The notes below the pieces were generated by a model. It did no database searches, was not told where the DNA came from, and was given only the letters and a program-made list of their open reading frames with translations. A stretch of DNA of 22,638 bases from Rhodothermales bacterium (GTDB lineage Bacteria; Bacteroidota; Rhodothermia; Rhodothermales; VXPQ01), in contig JBBDTI010000039.1 of NCBI GenBank assembly GCA_040904565.1, positions 17,191 through 39,828 on the forward strand, read 5' to 3'. This document shows positions 8,777 to 17,191 of the stretch, piece by piece (positions within the stretch are counted from its first letter, which is position 1; every line of letters starts with the position of its first letter). A program made the translations under genes and the position numbers.

Positions 8777-10411
8777 TCAATGTACAAGGCGTTCGGCTTC
8801 GACGCCGCCCGCCTCTTCGATCACGGGGGTCGACAGGGTCTCAGCCGTAATGCGCACGTCCACATCGAATGTTTTCTTGAATAGATCGGACGACCGTTTG
8901 CCCCCCCAGACTTCCAGCTGGGGATCGCTTTTCGTCATGATGTGGATGTGAAGCTCGTCGTCGGTGAGCTTGGCGTTGAGGCGCTCGACGTTCTGTATAT
9001 GACTGCGATCGAGCCCATTTGCGAGACGGAGAAACGAACCGAGCTGATTGACGAGGCGCTTGCTCTCCTCGGGCAGTTTGCGATACGCGCTGTGCCGGTC
9101 CTTCGGCGTACTCCTCCTGTGATAGCGTGCCACGTGGGCCATCACGTCCACTTCATAGGGATGGAAGCCGGTCCAATCCGCCTGCTTGATGAGATACAGC
9201 GAGTGTTTGTGATGGCTGGATCGACTGATGTAATAGCCGATATCGTGGAGCAGGGATGCGAATTCGAGAAGCTCTCGCGGATGACTCCCCAGTTTGTGCA
9301 GCGGTCTGCAAGCATCGAAAAGCTGCAGGGCAATTGCCGTAACGTGCTGCACGTGCTTCTGGTCCCAGTCGAAACGATGACCGATTTCGTACACGCACCG
9401 GTGCCGCACGTCGGCATACGACGCGATAAGTTCCAGGCGCTCGTAGTTCTCGCGGATGAAATAGACCACCATGCCCTCCCGAAGCGCATTGGGAGAAATG
9501 CGGACGCGCTCGACGGGAAGATCTTTCACGACGACGTCCACGAGCATCGCCCCGGCGACGATCTGGTCCACCCGCTTCTTGTCGATACCCTGCATTCCTT
9601 TTCGCTCGGCGCGCGTGGAATCCATCACCTCCTTCGTGACGGCTCGCAGCCCATCTGCCTCCATCGACTGGAGGTAGATCGAGACGTGTGGATCGCCCCT
9701 GCGGTGTGCATACACCTGCGCCAGATTCTCGAAGGTCCCTGAGGAACCAACCACCTCCGTCACCCCGTGCTCGGCGGCGGCCCTGAAGACCGGTTCCAGG
9801 GCTTTTCGGTAATGGGCACGAAGCGCCTCGAACTCGCTGCGATCTACCGGGTCCGTCGACACGAAATGCCCCGTCATTCGCGCTGCACCCAGCTTCAGGC
9901 TCGTGGCGAAATAGACTTCGTCCCCCGTTCCGATGACGAATTCGCTAGAGCCGCCGCCGATGTCGACGAGCAGCGTCGGCTTCTTCAGGTCGACGGCGCG
10001 CCGTACCCCTTGATAGATGAGCTGAGCCTCCAGCATGCCGTCGATGGCTCGGACGTGTACGCCCGTCTTCTGGCGAATCCGTTCGATCAGCTCGCCACCG
10101 TTTTCCGCCTCGCGAATGGCACTCGTGGCGAATGCCAGGAATTCCGTCGCCCCCCAACCGTCGGCCAGGAGACGAACGCGGCGAATGGCCCGAACGGATC
10201 GCTCCATTGCATGTTCGGTGAGGCGCTTTTCGGAGAGGCCGCGTTCGCCGAGGCGCACCATTTCCGTGATGCGGTCGATGACCTCGAAGCTCCCGTTCGG
10301 GAAGGCGTCGACGATGACCGTATGGAAGGAGTTCGTTCCGAGATCGATTACGCAGATACGGGTCGGATGCCGCTCCGATTCGTTGTTGGCATAATCCCGT
10401 TCGGTAACCAT
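8777..10411 (-). CDS. ppx: Ppx/GppA family exopolyphosphatase with C-terminal HD domain
   Basis: ASKHA-fold motifs VIDLGTNSFH, ATSAIREAENG, VDIGGGSSE and ALREG. The HD region is LLHDIGYYISRSSHHKHSLYLI...ARYHRR...LDRSH. The start is uncertain (10411, 10441 or 10444). Confidence 0.92.
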   Translation of the reverse strand: MVTERDYANNESERHPTRICVIDLGTNSFHTVIVDAFPNGSFEVIDRITEMVRLGERGLSEKRLTEHAMERSVRAIRRVRLLADGWGATEFLAFATSAIREAENGGELIERIRQKTGVHVRAIDGMLEAQLIYQGVRRAVDLKKPTLLVDIGGGSSEFVIGTGDEVYFATSLKLGAARMTGHFVSTDPVDRSEFEALRAHYRKALEPVFRAAAEHGVTEVVGSSGTFENLAQVYAHRRGDPHVSIYLQSMEADGLRAVTKEVMDSTRAERKGMQGIDKKRVDQIVAGAMLVDVVVKDLPVERVRISPNALREGMVVYFIRENYERLELIASYADVRHRCVYEIGHRFDWDQKHVQHVTAIALQLFDACRPLHKLGSHPRELLEFASLLHDIGYYISRSSHHKHSLYLIKQADWTGFHPYEVDVMAHVARYHRRSTPKDRHSAYRKLPEESKRLVNQLGSFLRLANGLDRSHIQNVERLNAKLTDDELHIHIMTKSDPQLEVWGGKRSSDLFKKTFDVDVRITAETLSTPVIEEAGGVEAERLVH

Positions 10412-10581
10412 GCATGCCGCATGATGTTCGGCCGCGTTCATCAAGCGTAGATGCTGATTCGTTCGTCGGAGCTATGTGAACCGGACCCCGGATCGCGCGT
10501 TCCTCGCAGGGCCGCTATCATGGTAAAAAGGATTTCGAACCGATGCCTGGTCGCGGCGCGACGTGATGCGTCCAGCCGGTG

Positions 10582-10613
10582 AGGATGCGGCAGTCTTAGG
10601 ATGCGGCGGTCTT
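10582..10613. repeat. 16-bp tandem direct repeat (1 mismatch) overlapping the stop codon of the exonuclease gene
   Basis: aggatgcggcagtctt (10582-10597) is immediately followed by aggatgcggcggtctt (10598-10613). Confidence 0.85.
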
Positions 10614-12302
10614 CGCCAGGGCCGCATCGACCTGGTGAACCAGCGCATCGGTCGGTGTGCCCTCTTTCCAGTGCAGTTGCACCAGTTCGTCACGGTGCAC
10701 GAAGATCCAGTGTGAGAGAAGGTGCAGCTCGTCGACCTCTTGCTCTCGGTAGACCTGGACTGCATCGGCTCCCTCGACGAAGTAGCGGTCGAGCGCCATT
10801 GCGAGGTCGTCCGGATCGTAGTCTGCCTCGAAGGTGGCGACATGGCGTCCCCTGCTGACGATGAGAATTCTGGGGCTGCCATCGTCTCGGGTGTGGACGA
10901 GAACGGCGTTGTGTTCGAGGACGCGGGTAGCGACGGCCTCGCGCCGGGCCAGCATCCGTTCGAGCCGTCGGATCCCGTCCCGATACGTCTTCGCCTGCTC
11001 GTACTCCTTCTCCGCCGATGCCTCGAGCATACGGGCTTCGATCCGCTCGACGACCGAGGCGTCTCTTCCGAGCAAGAAATTGCGTACCCGCTCGATCTCA
11101 GCAGCATAGTCCGCGTCGACGATCGCATGCGCCCCCTCCCCGTCGGTCCCATGGTGCTGCGTTTGTGCCTCGCACGGAGCGGTGCACCGATCCATCGACG
11201 CATATACGCAGCGGCGGCCCTTCTCGAGCGTTGCATCGTCGCACTCACGCAATCGGAAAAATCGATCGATTAGATCCACGACAAAATACGCCTCGCTCCG
11301 GCTGGCCATCGGCCCGTAATATTCCGCACCGTCGTCGTGCAGAAACGCACTGACGGACGCCTTTGGAACCGGATGCTCGGTATCCAACCGGATGAACGGC
11401 CTGTTCACGTACCGTCGCTGCGCTCTATTGTAGGCGGGCTGCAGCTGCTTGATAAGGCGAGACTCGAGCAGCAGCGCATCGAGCTCGGAATCCGTCACCT
11501 CCCACTCGACGCCTTGCACGGAGCGCACCATCTTGCGGATGCGGGGCGAGTGTCCTTCGACGGACGTGAAGTAGCTCCGAACGCGGTGTTCCAGGTTTTG
11601 GGCCTTGCCGACGTAAATAATCTTACCGTTTCCATCCTGCATGAAATAGACGCCCGGACGGTTCGGAACGTCGCAGAGCACCTCCTCCCGGATGCGCTCC
11701 ACGTTCCTCGAAACCTGTTTCAGATCGCTGTACCTGCGATGCTGGAACGTCAACAGCTCGGGCAGGCGGCTCACGCCGAACTCGAGTTCAACCTGGTCCA
11801 GGAAGCGCAGCATTACGTGCGCGGTCGCTTCGGCGTCCGCCAGTGCGCGATGATGGCGGCGAAGCTGAATTCCGTAGAAATCGACGAGACTGGCCAGCCC
11901 TTTCGAACGGAGGCCGGGGAGCAGCCTACGGGCAAGGCGCAGCGTGCATAGCGACCGGTTCGCCACCTCATCGAGGCCGATGCGTCGGCATTCGGCGTTC
12001 AGGAACCGGAGATCGAAGGACAGATTGTGGGCTACGAACACGTCGTCGCCCAGAAAATCGAAAAAGTCCGGAAGCACCTCCTCGGCCGTCGGTTGGTCGA
12101 AGACCATCGCGCTGGAGATCCCGGTAAGCCGCGTTATGCGACGCGGTACGGCACACCCGGGGTTTACGAGCTGCTGAAACGATTCGACGATGTCGCCGCC
12201 GGAGACCCTGACCGCGCCGATCTCTATCACCCGATCGGAGGCGGCCCGAACTCCGGTCGTCTCGGTGTCGACGATGACAAATGACGTCTCGTTCAGGTCC
12301 AT
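10596..12302 (-). CDS. DEDDh (DnaQ-like) 3'-5' exonuclease fused to a UvrC/Cho-like GIY-YIG endonuclease and UVR domain
   Basis: ExoI VDTETTG, ExoII AHNLSFDLRFL and ExoIII HRALADAEAT. GIY-YIG PGVYFMQDGNGKIIYVGKAQNLEHRVRSYF. Cys cluster LREC...RRCVYASMDRCTAPC and UVR-like ASAEKEYEQAKTYRD. The likely start is MDLNETSF at 12302, since the track's 12500 start overlaps the phosphatase. Confidence 0.9.
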   Translation of the reverse strand: MDLNETSFVIVDTETTGVRAASDRVIEIGAVRVSGGDIVESFQQLVNPGCAVPRRITRLTGISSAMVFDQPTAEEVLPDFFDFLGDDVFVAHNLSFDLRFLNAECRRIGLDEVANRSLCTLRLARRLLPGLRSKGLASLVDFYGIQLRRHHRALADAEATAHVMLRFLDQVELEFGVSRLPELLTFQHRRYSDLKQVSRNVERIREEVLCDVPNRPGVYFMQDGNGKIIYVGKAQNLEHRVRSYFTSVEGHSPRIRKMVRSVQGVEWEVTDSELDALLLESRLIKQLQPAYNRAQRRYVNRPFIRLDTEHPVPKASVSAFLHDDGAEYYGPMASRSEAYFVVDLIDRFFRLRECDDATLEKGRRCVYASMDRCTAPCEAQTQHHGTDGEGAHAIVDADYAAEIERVRNFLLGRDASVVERIEARMLEASAEKEYEQAKTYRDGIRRLERMLARREAVATRVLEHNAVLVHTRDDGSPRILIVSRGRHVATFEADYDPDDLAMALDRYFVEGADAVQVYREQEVDELHLLSHWIFVHRDELVQLHWKEGTPTDALVHQVDAALAKTAAS

Positions 12303-12384
12303 CTCATCCGCCCGCACGGGCGCATACTCATAGATCACACATACTTCTATAGTGTAGCGTGTTCCGCGGACAGATGCTATGCAT

Positions 12385-13812
12385 TCAGGGGGTGGATGCG
12401 GCTTCTCCCACCTCGACGCCGGCCATCTCGAAGAGCACCTCACCGATCCGCGTATTGTCGACGTTCCCTGAAAGAACCTCGCTACCCGGTCCATACGCAT
12501 AGAGGTTCACGTCTACCGCCGTGTGCCCGGTGGACGTCCACCCGATGACGGCCCGGCGGGCGATGATCTCTCCGAGCACGACCTTGAGCCTTCCTTCATT
12601 CGAACCGGCGGCGGAGACGGCCGCGAGCTCTTCGGAGGTCGGCGCATCGATGCCGAGATCCCTTTGCAGCACCGAGCCGGCATCCTGGCCGGCGAGTATA
12701 CTCCTTGCCGCGGCCTCCGTAGAGCTGGAAGATCGGGCCAGAACCTCCGGGTGCCACGCGTATACGCCCGATCCATACAGGCTCCTCGAATAACCGGGGA
12801 CCGGCGTATTCGCCGCGGCACCTTCCTGCACGACAGATCGACCGGCCGTCAAGCCGCCCGTCTCGTGATCGGCGACGGCGATGACGAGCGTCTCCCCGTT
12901 TCGCTCGGCGAACGCCCTGGCAACCTCGAAAGCATCGTCGTAGGCGATGAGTTCGCGAAGTGCCGCCGGGCCGTCGTTATCGTGAGAGGCGTGATCGATG
13001 CGGCTGCCCTCGACGAGCAGGAAGAATCCCTCCTCATGCCCGTCGAGAAGTTCCAGGGCCTTCCGAGTCAACCCGGCCAGATCGACGTGATCCTCGGATG
13101 CTACGTCGATCACATACGGCATATGATCCCGCGAGAAAAGCCCGAGCACAGGCCCCGATTCGTGTGCGGCCAGTTCCGCGCCATTTTCCACTACCGTATA
13201 GCCTGCATTTTCGGCCTCGTCGAACAGGTTGCGATCGTCCTCTCGCACCCCGCCATCGGACAGCGGGAGAAAGTGCCGCGCCCCGCCGCCAAGTATCACG
13301 TCGACTCCCTGCCCGATCATCTGCAATGCGATCTCATCCTCCATGCCTCGATCCGGGACGTGCGCGGCAAACGACGCCGGCGTAGCGTGCGTGATGCGGC
13401 TCGTCGAAACCAGCCCCGTCGCGATGCCGTCGGCCTCCGCTGCCTCCAGAACGGTCTGAATCGGCTCGCGGAGCGTGTCGACGGCGATGGCGCCGTTATA
13501 CGTTTTCCTGCCCGTCGCGTAGGCCGTAGCGCTCGATGCGGAGTCCGTCACGCGTTCCACGGCCGAATGCGTACGCACCGTGCCGATGAGAAACGGATCG
13601 ATATAGAGCTCGTCACGAAGGCCCATGTGGCGCGCCATCTCCCGCGCCATCGTGAAATGCGCCGGGCCGGCGCCGTCGGCTACGAACAGAATGACGTTCG
13701 CGGGACGCCGATCCACGGTACTGGACGCATTCTCCTGCGACGTGCATCCCGTAAAAAAGAGCAATAGCAGAAGCGCTCCGACCGTGGATCGGGATGAAAG
13801 TATTGGCATCAT
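12385..13812 (-). CDS. phoA: Alkaline phosphatase (PhoA family), predicted lipoprotein
   Basis: Motifs NVILFVADG, VTDSASSATA (Ser nucleophile), THATPA, EGSRIDHASH, ADHETGG and GHTAVDV. The signal LLLLLFFTG-C is a lipobox. Confidence 0.93.
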   Translation of the reverse strand: MMPILSSRSTVGALLLLLFFTGCTSQENASSTVDRRPANVILFVADGAGPAHFTMAREMARHMGLRDELYIDPFLIGTVRTHSAVERVTDSASSATAYATGRKTYNGAIAVDTLREPIQTVLEAAEADGIATGLVSTSRITHATPASFAAHVPDRGMEDEIALQMIGQGVDVILGGGARHFLPLSDGGVREDDRNLFDEAENAGYTVVENGAELAAHESGPVLGLFSRDHMPYVIDVASEDHVDLAGLTRKALELLDGHEEGFFLLVEGSRIDHASHDNDGPAALRELIAYDDAFEVARAFAERNGETLVIAVADHETGGLTAGRSVVQEGAAANTPVPGYSRSLYGSGVYAWHPEVLARSSSSTEAAARSILAGQDAGSVLQRDLGIDAPTSEELAAVSAAGSNEGRLKVVLGEIIARRAVIGWTSTGHTAVDVNLYAYGPGSEVLSGNVDNTRIGEVLFEMAGVEVGEAASTP

Positions 13813-14037
13813 CGTACGTTGTATCTGCTGAAAACAATCGACAAGCGATCCCGAGCGGAACGCCTACCGCACGCCACTGCACCCACTCCGGTCGCAGCTC
13901 TCGCACGCGGTCCGATGAAAAGAACGGCCGGAACGGGAATTTTGTTTTTGCTAAATATTGGCAGAAGCCGCGCCGCGAGCATGCGTTTTTTATCTATTAA
14001 CTACCCGGCGCATCTTCGACTCGGAGGAAATTCGTAG

Positions 14038-14090
14038 CGCGTCGCCGGTCGCGGCCTGGCGTCTCGTCAGGCCGTCGTGTGGCCGACGCG
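14038..14090 (+). other. Extended stem-loop upstream of mdh
   Basis: Outer pair cgcgtcg (14038-44)/cgacgcg (14084-90). Inner pair cggcctggcg (14052-61)/cgtcaggccg (14065-74) with one G-U and a 3-nt loop. Confidence 0.5.
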
Positions 14091-14134
14091 ATCAGGATCG
14101 TAAGCGCTTTAGCTAACATATAGAGGAGATTGAC

Positions 14135-15076
14135 ATGGATGCATCCAAAGTCACCGTCATCGGAGCCGGCAACGTCGGCGCGACCGTTGCGGATTGTGTT
14201 GCACGCAAGGATATGGTCGACGAGGTCGTTCTCGTGGACATCGTCGAAGGCATGCCCCAGGGGAAGGCGCTGGACATGCAGGAGTCGGCACCCATCCATC
14301 TCTTCGACACGCGCGTTACCGGAACGAATTCGTACGACGCCACGGCCGGATCCGACATCTGCGTCATCACGGCTGGACTCGCCCGCAAGCCCGGCATGAG
14401 CCGAGACGACCTGCTGAGCAAGAACGCGGCCATCGTGCGGTCCGTCACCGAACAGTTCGTGGCCCAGAGCCCGAATGCGATTCTCATTGTGGTGTCGAAT
14501 CCGCTCGACGTGATGGCCTACGTCGCTCATGTGACGAGCGGCTATCCGAGTCCGCGCGTGATGGGCATGGCCGGCGTGCTCGACACGGCTCGCTACCGCG
14601 CGTTCATCTCGATGGATCTCGGCGTGTCGGTGCGGGACGTCCAGGCGCTTCTGATGGGTGGGCACGGCGACACGATGGTACCTCTTCCCCGATACACGAC
14701 CGTGGGCGGCATCCCGTTGCCCCAGCTGATGGACGACGACAAGATCGACGAGATCGTCGAGCGCACGAAGATGGGCGGCGGCGAGATCGTCAAGCTGATG
14801 GGCACTTCGGCCTGGTATGCGCCGGGGGCGGCCGCCGCGGAGATGGTCGAAGCCATCGTCAAGGATTCCGGACGCGTCCTGCCCTGCGCCGCGTGGCTCA
14901 CGGGCCAGTACGACCTGAACGATCTGTTTATCGGCGTACCGGTACGACTCGGACGGAACGGCGTCGAAGAGATCATAGAGGTGCAGCTCAGCAACGACGA
15001 GCGACAGCTGCTGGACGAGTCGGCGCAGCACGTTCGAGACAACCTCAAGAATCTGGAACGGCTCGAAGCGGAGTGA
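14135..15076 (+). CDS. mdh: Malate dehydrogenase (LDH-like MDH)
   Basis: Rossmann motif [26 protein letters not shown] has the Arg specificity residue of MDH. Also SNPLD, LDTAR and GGHGD. Strong RBS GAGGAG at 14123-14128. Confidence 0.96.
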   Translation: MDASKVTVIGAGNVGATVADCVARKDMVDEVVLVDIVEGMPQGKALDMQESAPIHLFDTRVTGTNSYDATAGSDICVITAGLARKPGMSRDDLLSKNAAIVRSVTEQFVAQSPNAILIVVSNPLDVMAYVAHVTSGYPSPRVMGMAGVLDTARYRAFISMDLGVSVRDVQALLMGGHGDTMVPLPRYTTVGGIPLPQLMDDDKIDEIVERTKMGGGEIVKLMGTSAWYAPGAAAAEMVEAIVKDSGRVLPCAAWLTGQYDLNDLFIGVPVRLGRNGVEEIIEVQLSNDERQLLDESAQHVRDNLKNLERLEAE

Positions 15077-15112
15077 CCGGCTCGAAGACCAGTTAGCGGC
15101 AAGGCATTCGCC

Positions 15113-15289
15113 TCAGTCGGTACTCTCGTGGCCTAGCCGGACGTGAAGTACCTTCAAGCGCTCGTTGATGCGCTTGACCTGCGCCATGATGTCCGCCCGC
15201 TCGAACCGGTTGCACGCCGTGTTGAGCAGCTCGTCGCGGCGCTTCTTCAGACGCCCGATTTCACGTTGCGTAATGGCTTCCGTCTCCAT
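15113..15289 (-). CDS. Small hypothetical protein, 58 aa, predicted helical/coiled-coil (not in ORF track)
   Basis: METEAITQREIGRLKKRRDELLNTACNRFERADIMAQVKRINERLKVLHVRLGHESTD*. It fits in the mdh-CDF gap without overlap, and its codons are mostly G/C-ending. Confidence 0.65.
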   Translation of the reverse strand: METEAITQREIGRLKKRRDELLNTACNRFERADIMAQVKRINERLKVLHVRLGHESTD

Positions 15290-15365
15290 ACCCGAGTCGA
15301 CTTGGATCCCTTCTAGGTGAACCGCTTAGAATGAATAGATCGTATTCCGGATCAGCGACAGGCTT

Positions 15366-16331
15366 ATGGGTGACCATCATCACCATTCCCACCTCCCACA
15401 TGGGGCCGAGGTTCGGCCGGACGAAAGTGGGCGCCTCATCGCCTCGATCGGGCTTAATTTACTCATTACGGTTGCGGAAGTTGTAGGCGGGCTCCTTTCA
15501 GGCAGTCTTTCCCTGCTCTCCGATGCCGTTCACAACCTCAGTGACACGGCGTCGCTGGGCATCAGCTACGCCGCGCGCCGTATCTCGAAGCGCGAGGCCA
15601 CTCCCGAGAAGACATTCGGCTACAAGCGGGCCGAGATCATCGGAGCGTTCATCAACCTGATCACGTTGATGATCATCGCACTCTTTCTGGTGAATGAGGC
15701 CATTCACCGGTTTCTCGATCCCCGTTCGATCGACGGGGTGCTCATGCTGACGATCGCCGTCGTCGGTCTCTTCGCCAACGTGGTGACGGCCCTCCTCCTC
15801 TATCGGGGAAGCCGCGGCAGTCTAAATCTAAGGAGCGCCTTCCTGCACATTCTGACGGACGGGCTTTCGTCGGTCGGCGTCGTCGTCGGCGGGTTGCTCA
15901 TCATCTATTTCGACCTCTACGTGGTCGACCCCATCATCACGCTGGGCATCTCCTTGTATTTGATGGTGCATGCATACGGCATGCTGCGCGTGACGATCGA
16001 CATTCTGATGGAGGGGACGCCGGCGCAGGTCGAGATCTCCGAGATCGTGGAGGAGGTGCGCACGATCGAACGTGTTATCGACATCCACCACGTGCACGTC
16101 TGGCAGCTGGACGACGACCACCTGGCCCTCGAAGCACACGTCGTCATATCGAATGAGGACCTCCAGGAGATGGAGGCGATAAAGACGACGATCAAGCAGC
16201 GGCTGCTGGACGCCTACCAGATCTCCCACTCGACGCTGGAGCTCGAGACGGTGCCCTGCGATCCGTCGAAGGAGCCGCATTGTTACGAACGCGTCGCACC
16301 ATCGGAGGCGGCGCTCGCTCACGATCGGTAA
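15366..16331 (+). CDS. czcD: Cation diffusion facilitator (CzcD/ZitB-like Zn/Co/Cd exporter)
   Basis: His-rich N-terminus, TM2 SDAVHNLSD, TFGYKRAEI and TM5 AFLHILTD. The C-terminal domain has HHVHVWQL and HSTLELE. Confidence 0.92.
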   Translation: MGDHHHHSHLPHGAEVRPDESGRLIASIGLNLLITVAEVVGGLLSGSLSLLSDAVHNLSDTASLGISYAARRISKREATPEKTFGYKRAEIIGAFINLITLMIIALFLVNEAIHRFLDPRSIDGVLMLTIAVVGLFANVVTALLLYRGSRGSLNLRSAFLHILTDGLSSVGVVVGGLLIIYFDLYVVDPIITLGISLYLMVHAYGMLRVTIDILMEGTPAQVEISEIVEEVRTIERVIDIHHVHVWQLDDDHLALEAHVVISNEDLQEMEAIKTTIKQRLLDAYQISHSTLELETVPCDPSKEPHCYERVAPSEAALAHDR

Positions 16332-16335
16332 GGTG

Positions 16336-17091
16336 TCACGGAGCGGATGTGGGCCGTTCAAACACCATGAAATGATGTTGTGGCAGGATGTCCCGCGTTT
16401 CGAGCCAGCGGAGTCCGGCCGCCTCCAACTCCCTGCGCGCCTGTTCCTCCGTAATCGTGTAGACGGATGAGACCGGCAGCGTCGTGTCTTCACCCCGGTA
16501 CTCTACGAGGACGACGCGTCCGCCCGGCACGAGCGATTCCCGGATGTTGACCATCATCTCCCGGGGATGGGAAAACTGCGTGTACGTGAACACGATCAGC
16601 GCCACGTCCACCGAATCGTCTGGCAGACCGGGATCCTCGACGGTACCCAGTACGGTCCGGATGTTGTCGGCGCCTCTCCGCCGCATCTTCCGGCGAATGA
16701 GCGTCAGGGCCTCCTCCTCGATGTCGACGGCCAGTACGAGTCCATCCGGCACGTGCGGCCCGATGCGAAAGGTGAAATACCCGGTGCCGGCGCCGATGTC
16801 GGCGACGACGTCGGTGGATCGGAGCTCGAGTGCACGCACGACGCGATTCGGCAGTTCCTCCGTCTCGCGCTGCGGCCGATCCAGCCATTCCTGCCGGTCG
16901 ACGCCCGTCACCCGGGCAATCTCTCTCCCCATGTAGTACCGGCCTGTACCGTCGGCGTGCTCGCTCGAAGCTTCCTGGTACGAGGGAGCGCGTCCCTCCT
17001 CGGTCCCGCCCTCAGCGCATGCGCTCACCGTAAGGAGGGCGGCAACGGCAACGGCGGATTGGAAAGCGAGGCATATTCGAGCGTCGATCAT
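16336..17091 (-). CDS. Class I SAM-dependent methyltransferase with lipoprotein-like signal peptide
   Basis: Motif I VVADIGAGTGYF, motif II VLAVDI, then SVDVAL and LVPGGRVVLVEY. The N-terminus ends AVAVAALLTVSA-C. The start at MIDARI (17091) is preferred over 17157. Confidence 0.85.
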   Translation of the reverse strand: MIDARICLAFQSAVAVAALLTVSACAEGGTEEGRAPSYQEASSEHADGTGRYYMGREIARVTGVDRQEWLDRPQRETEELPNRVVRALELRSTDVVADIGAGTGYFTFRIGPHVPDGLVLAVDIEEEALTLIRRKMRRRGADNIRTVLGTVEDPGLPDDSVDVALIVFTYTQFSHPREMMVNIRESLVPGGRVVLVEYRGEDTTLPVSSVYTITEEQARRELEAAGLRWLETRDILPQHHFMVFERPTSAP

Positions 17092-17191
17092 ATCGACTCG
17101 AGACGTGGAATCAAGAAGGAAGTCCGGTTCGGCGCCGGCGCCCATCAGAGCATTCAATTGAAACGCGCAGCCCGCACGAGGCGATCCCCAT

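Noticed and set aside
8649-8780. N-terminal extension of NuoJ in the ORF track (likewise the extensions of PCD to 2457, the exonuclease to 12500 and GltA to 21287)
   Set aside because: The extensions overlap neighbouring genes or regulatory sequence and do not resemble the families. Downstream ATGs give typical lengths.
15059-15087. 10-bp direct repeat cggctcgaag on either side of the mdh stop
   Set aside because: It is too short, there are only two copies, and nothing between them resembles an inserted element.
15311-15331. Imperfect inverted repeat TTCTAGG-N7-CTTAGAA upstream of czcD as a metal-regulator operator
   Set aside because: Only 6 of 7 positions match, it fits no operator consensus I can name with confidence, and there is no adjacent regulator.
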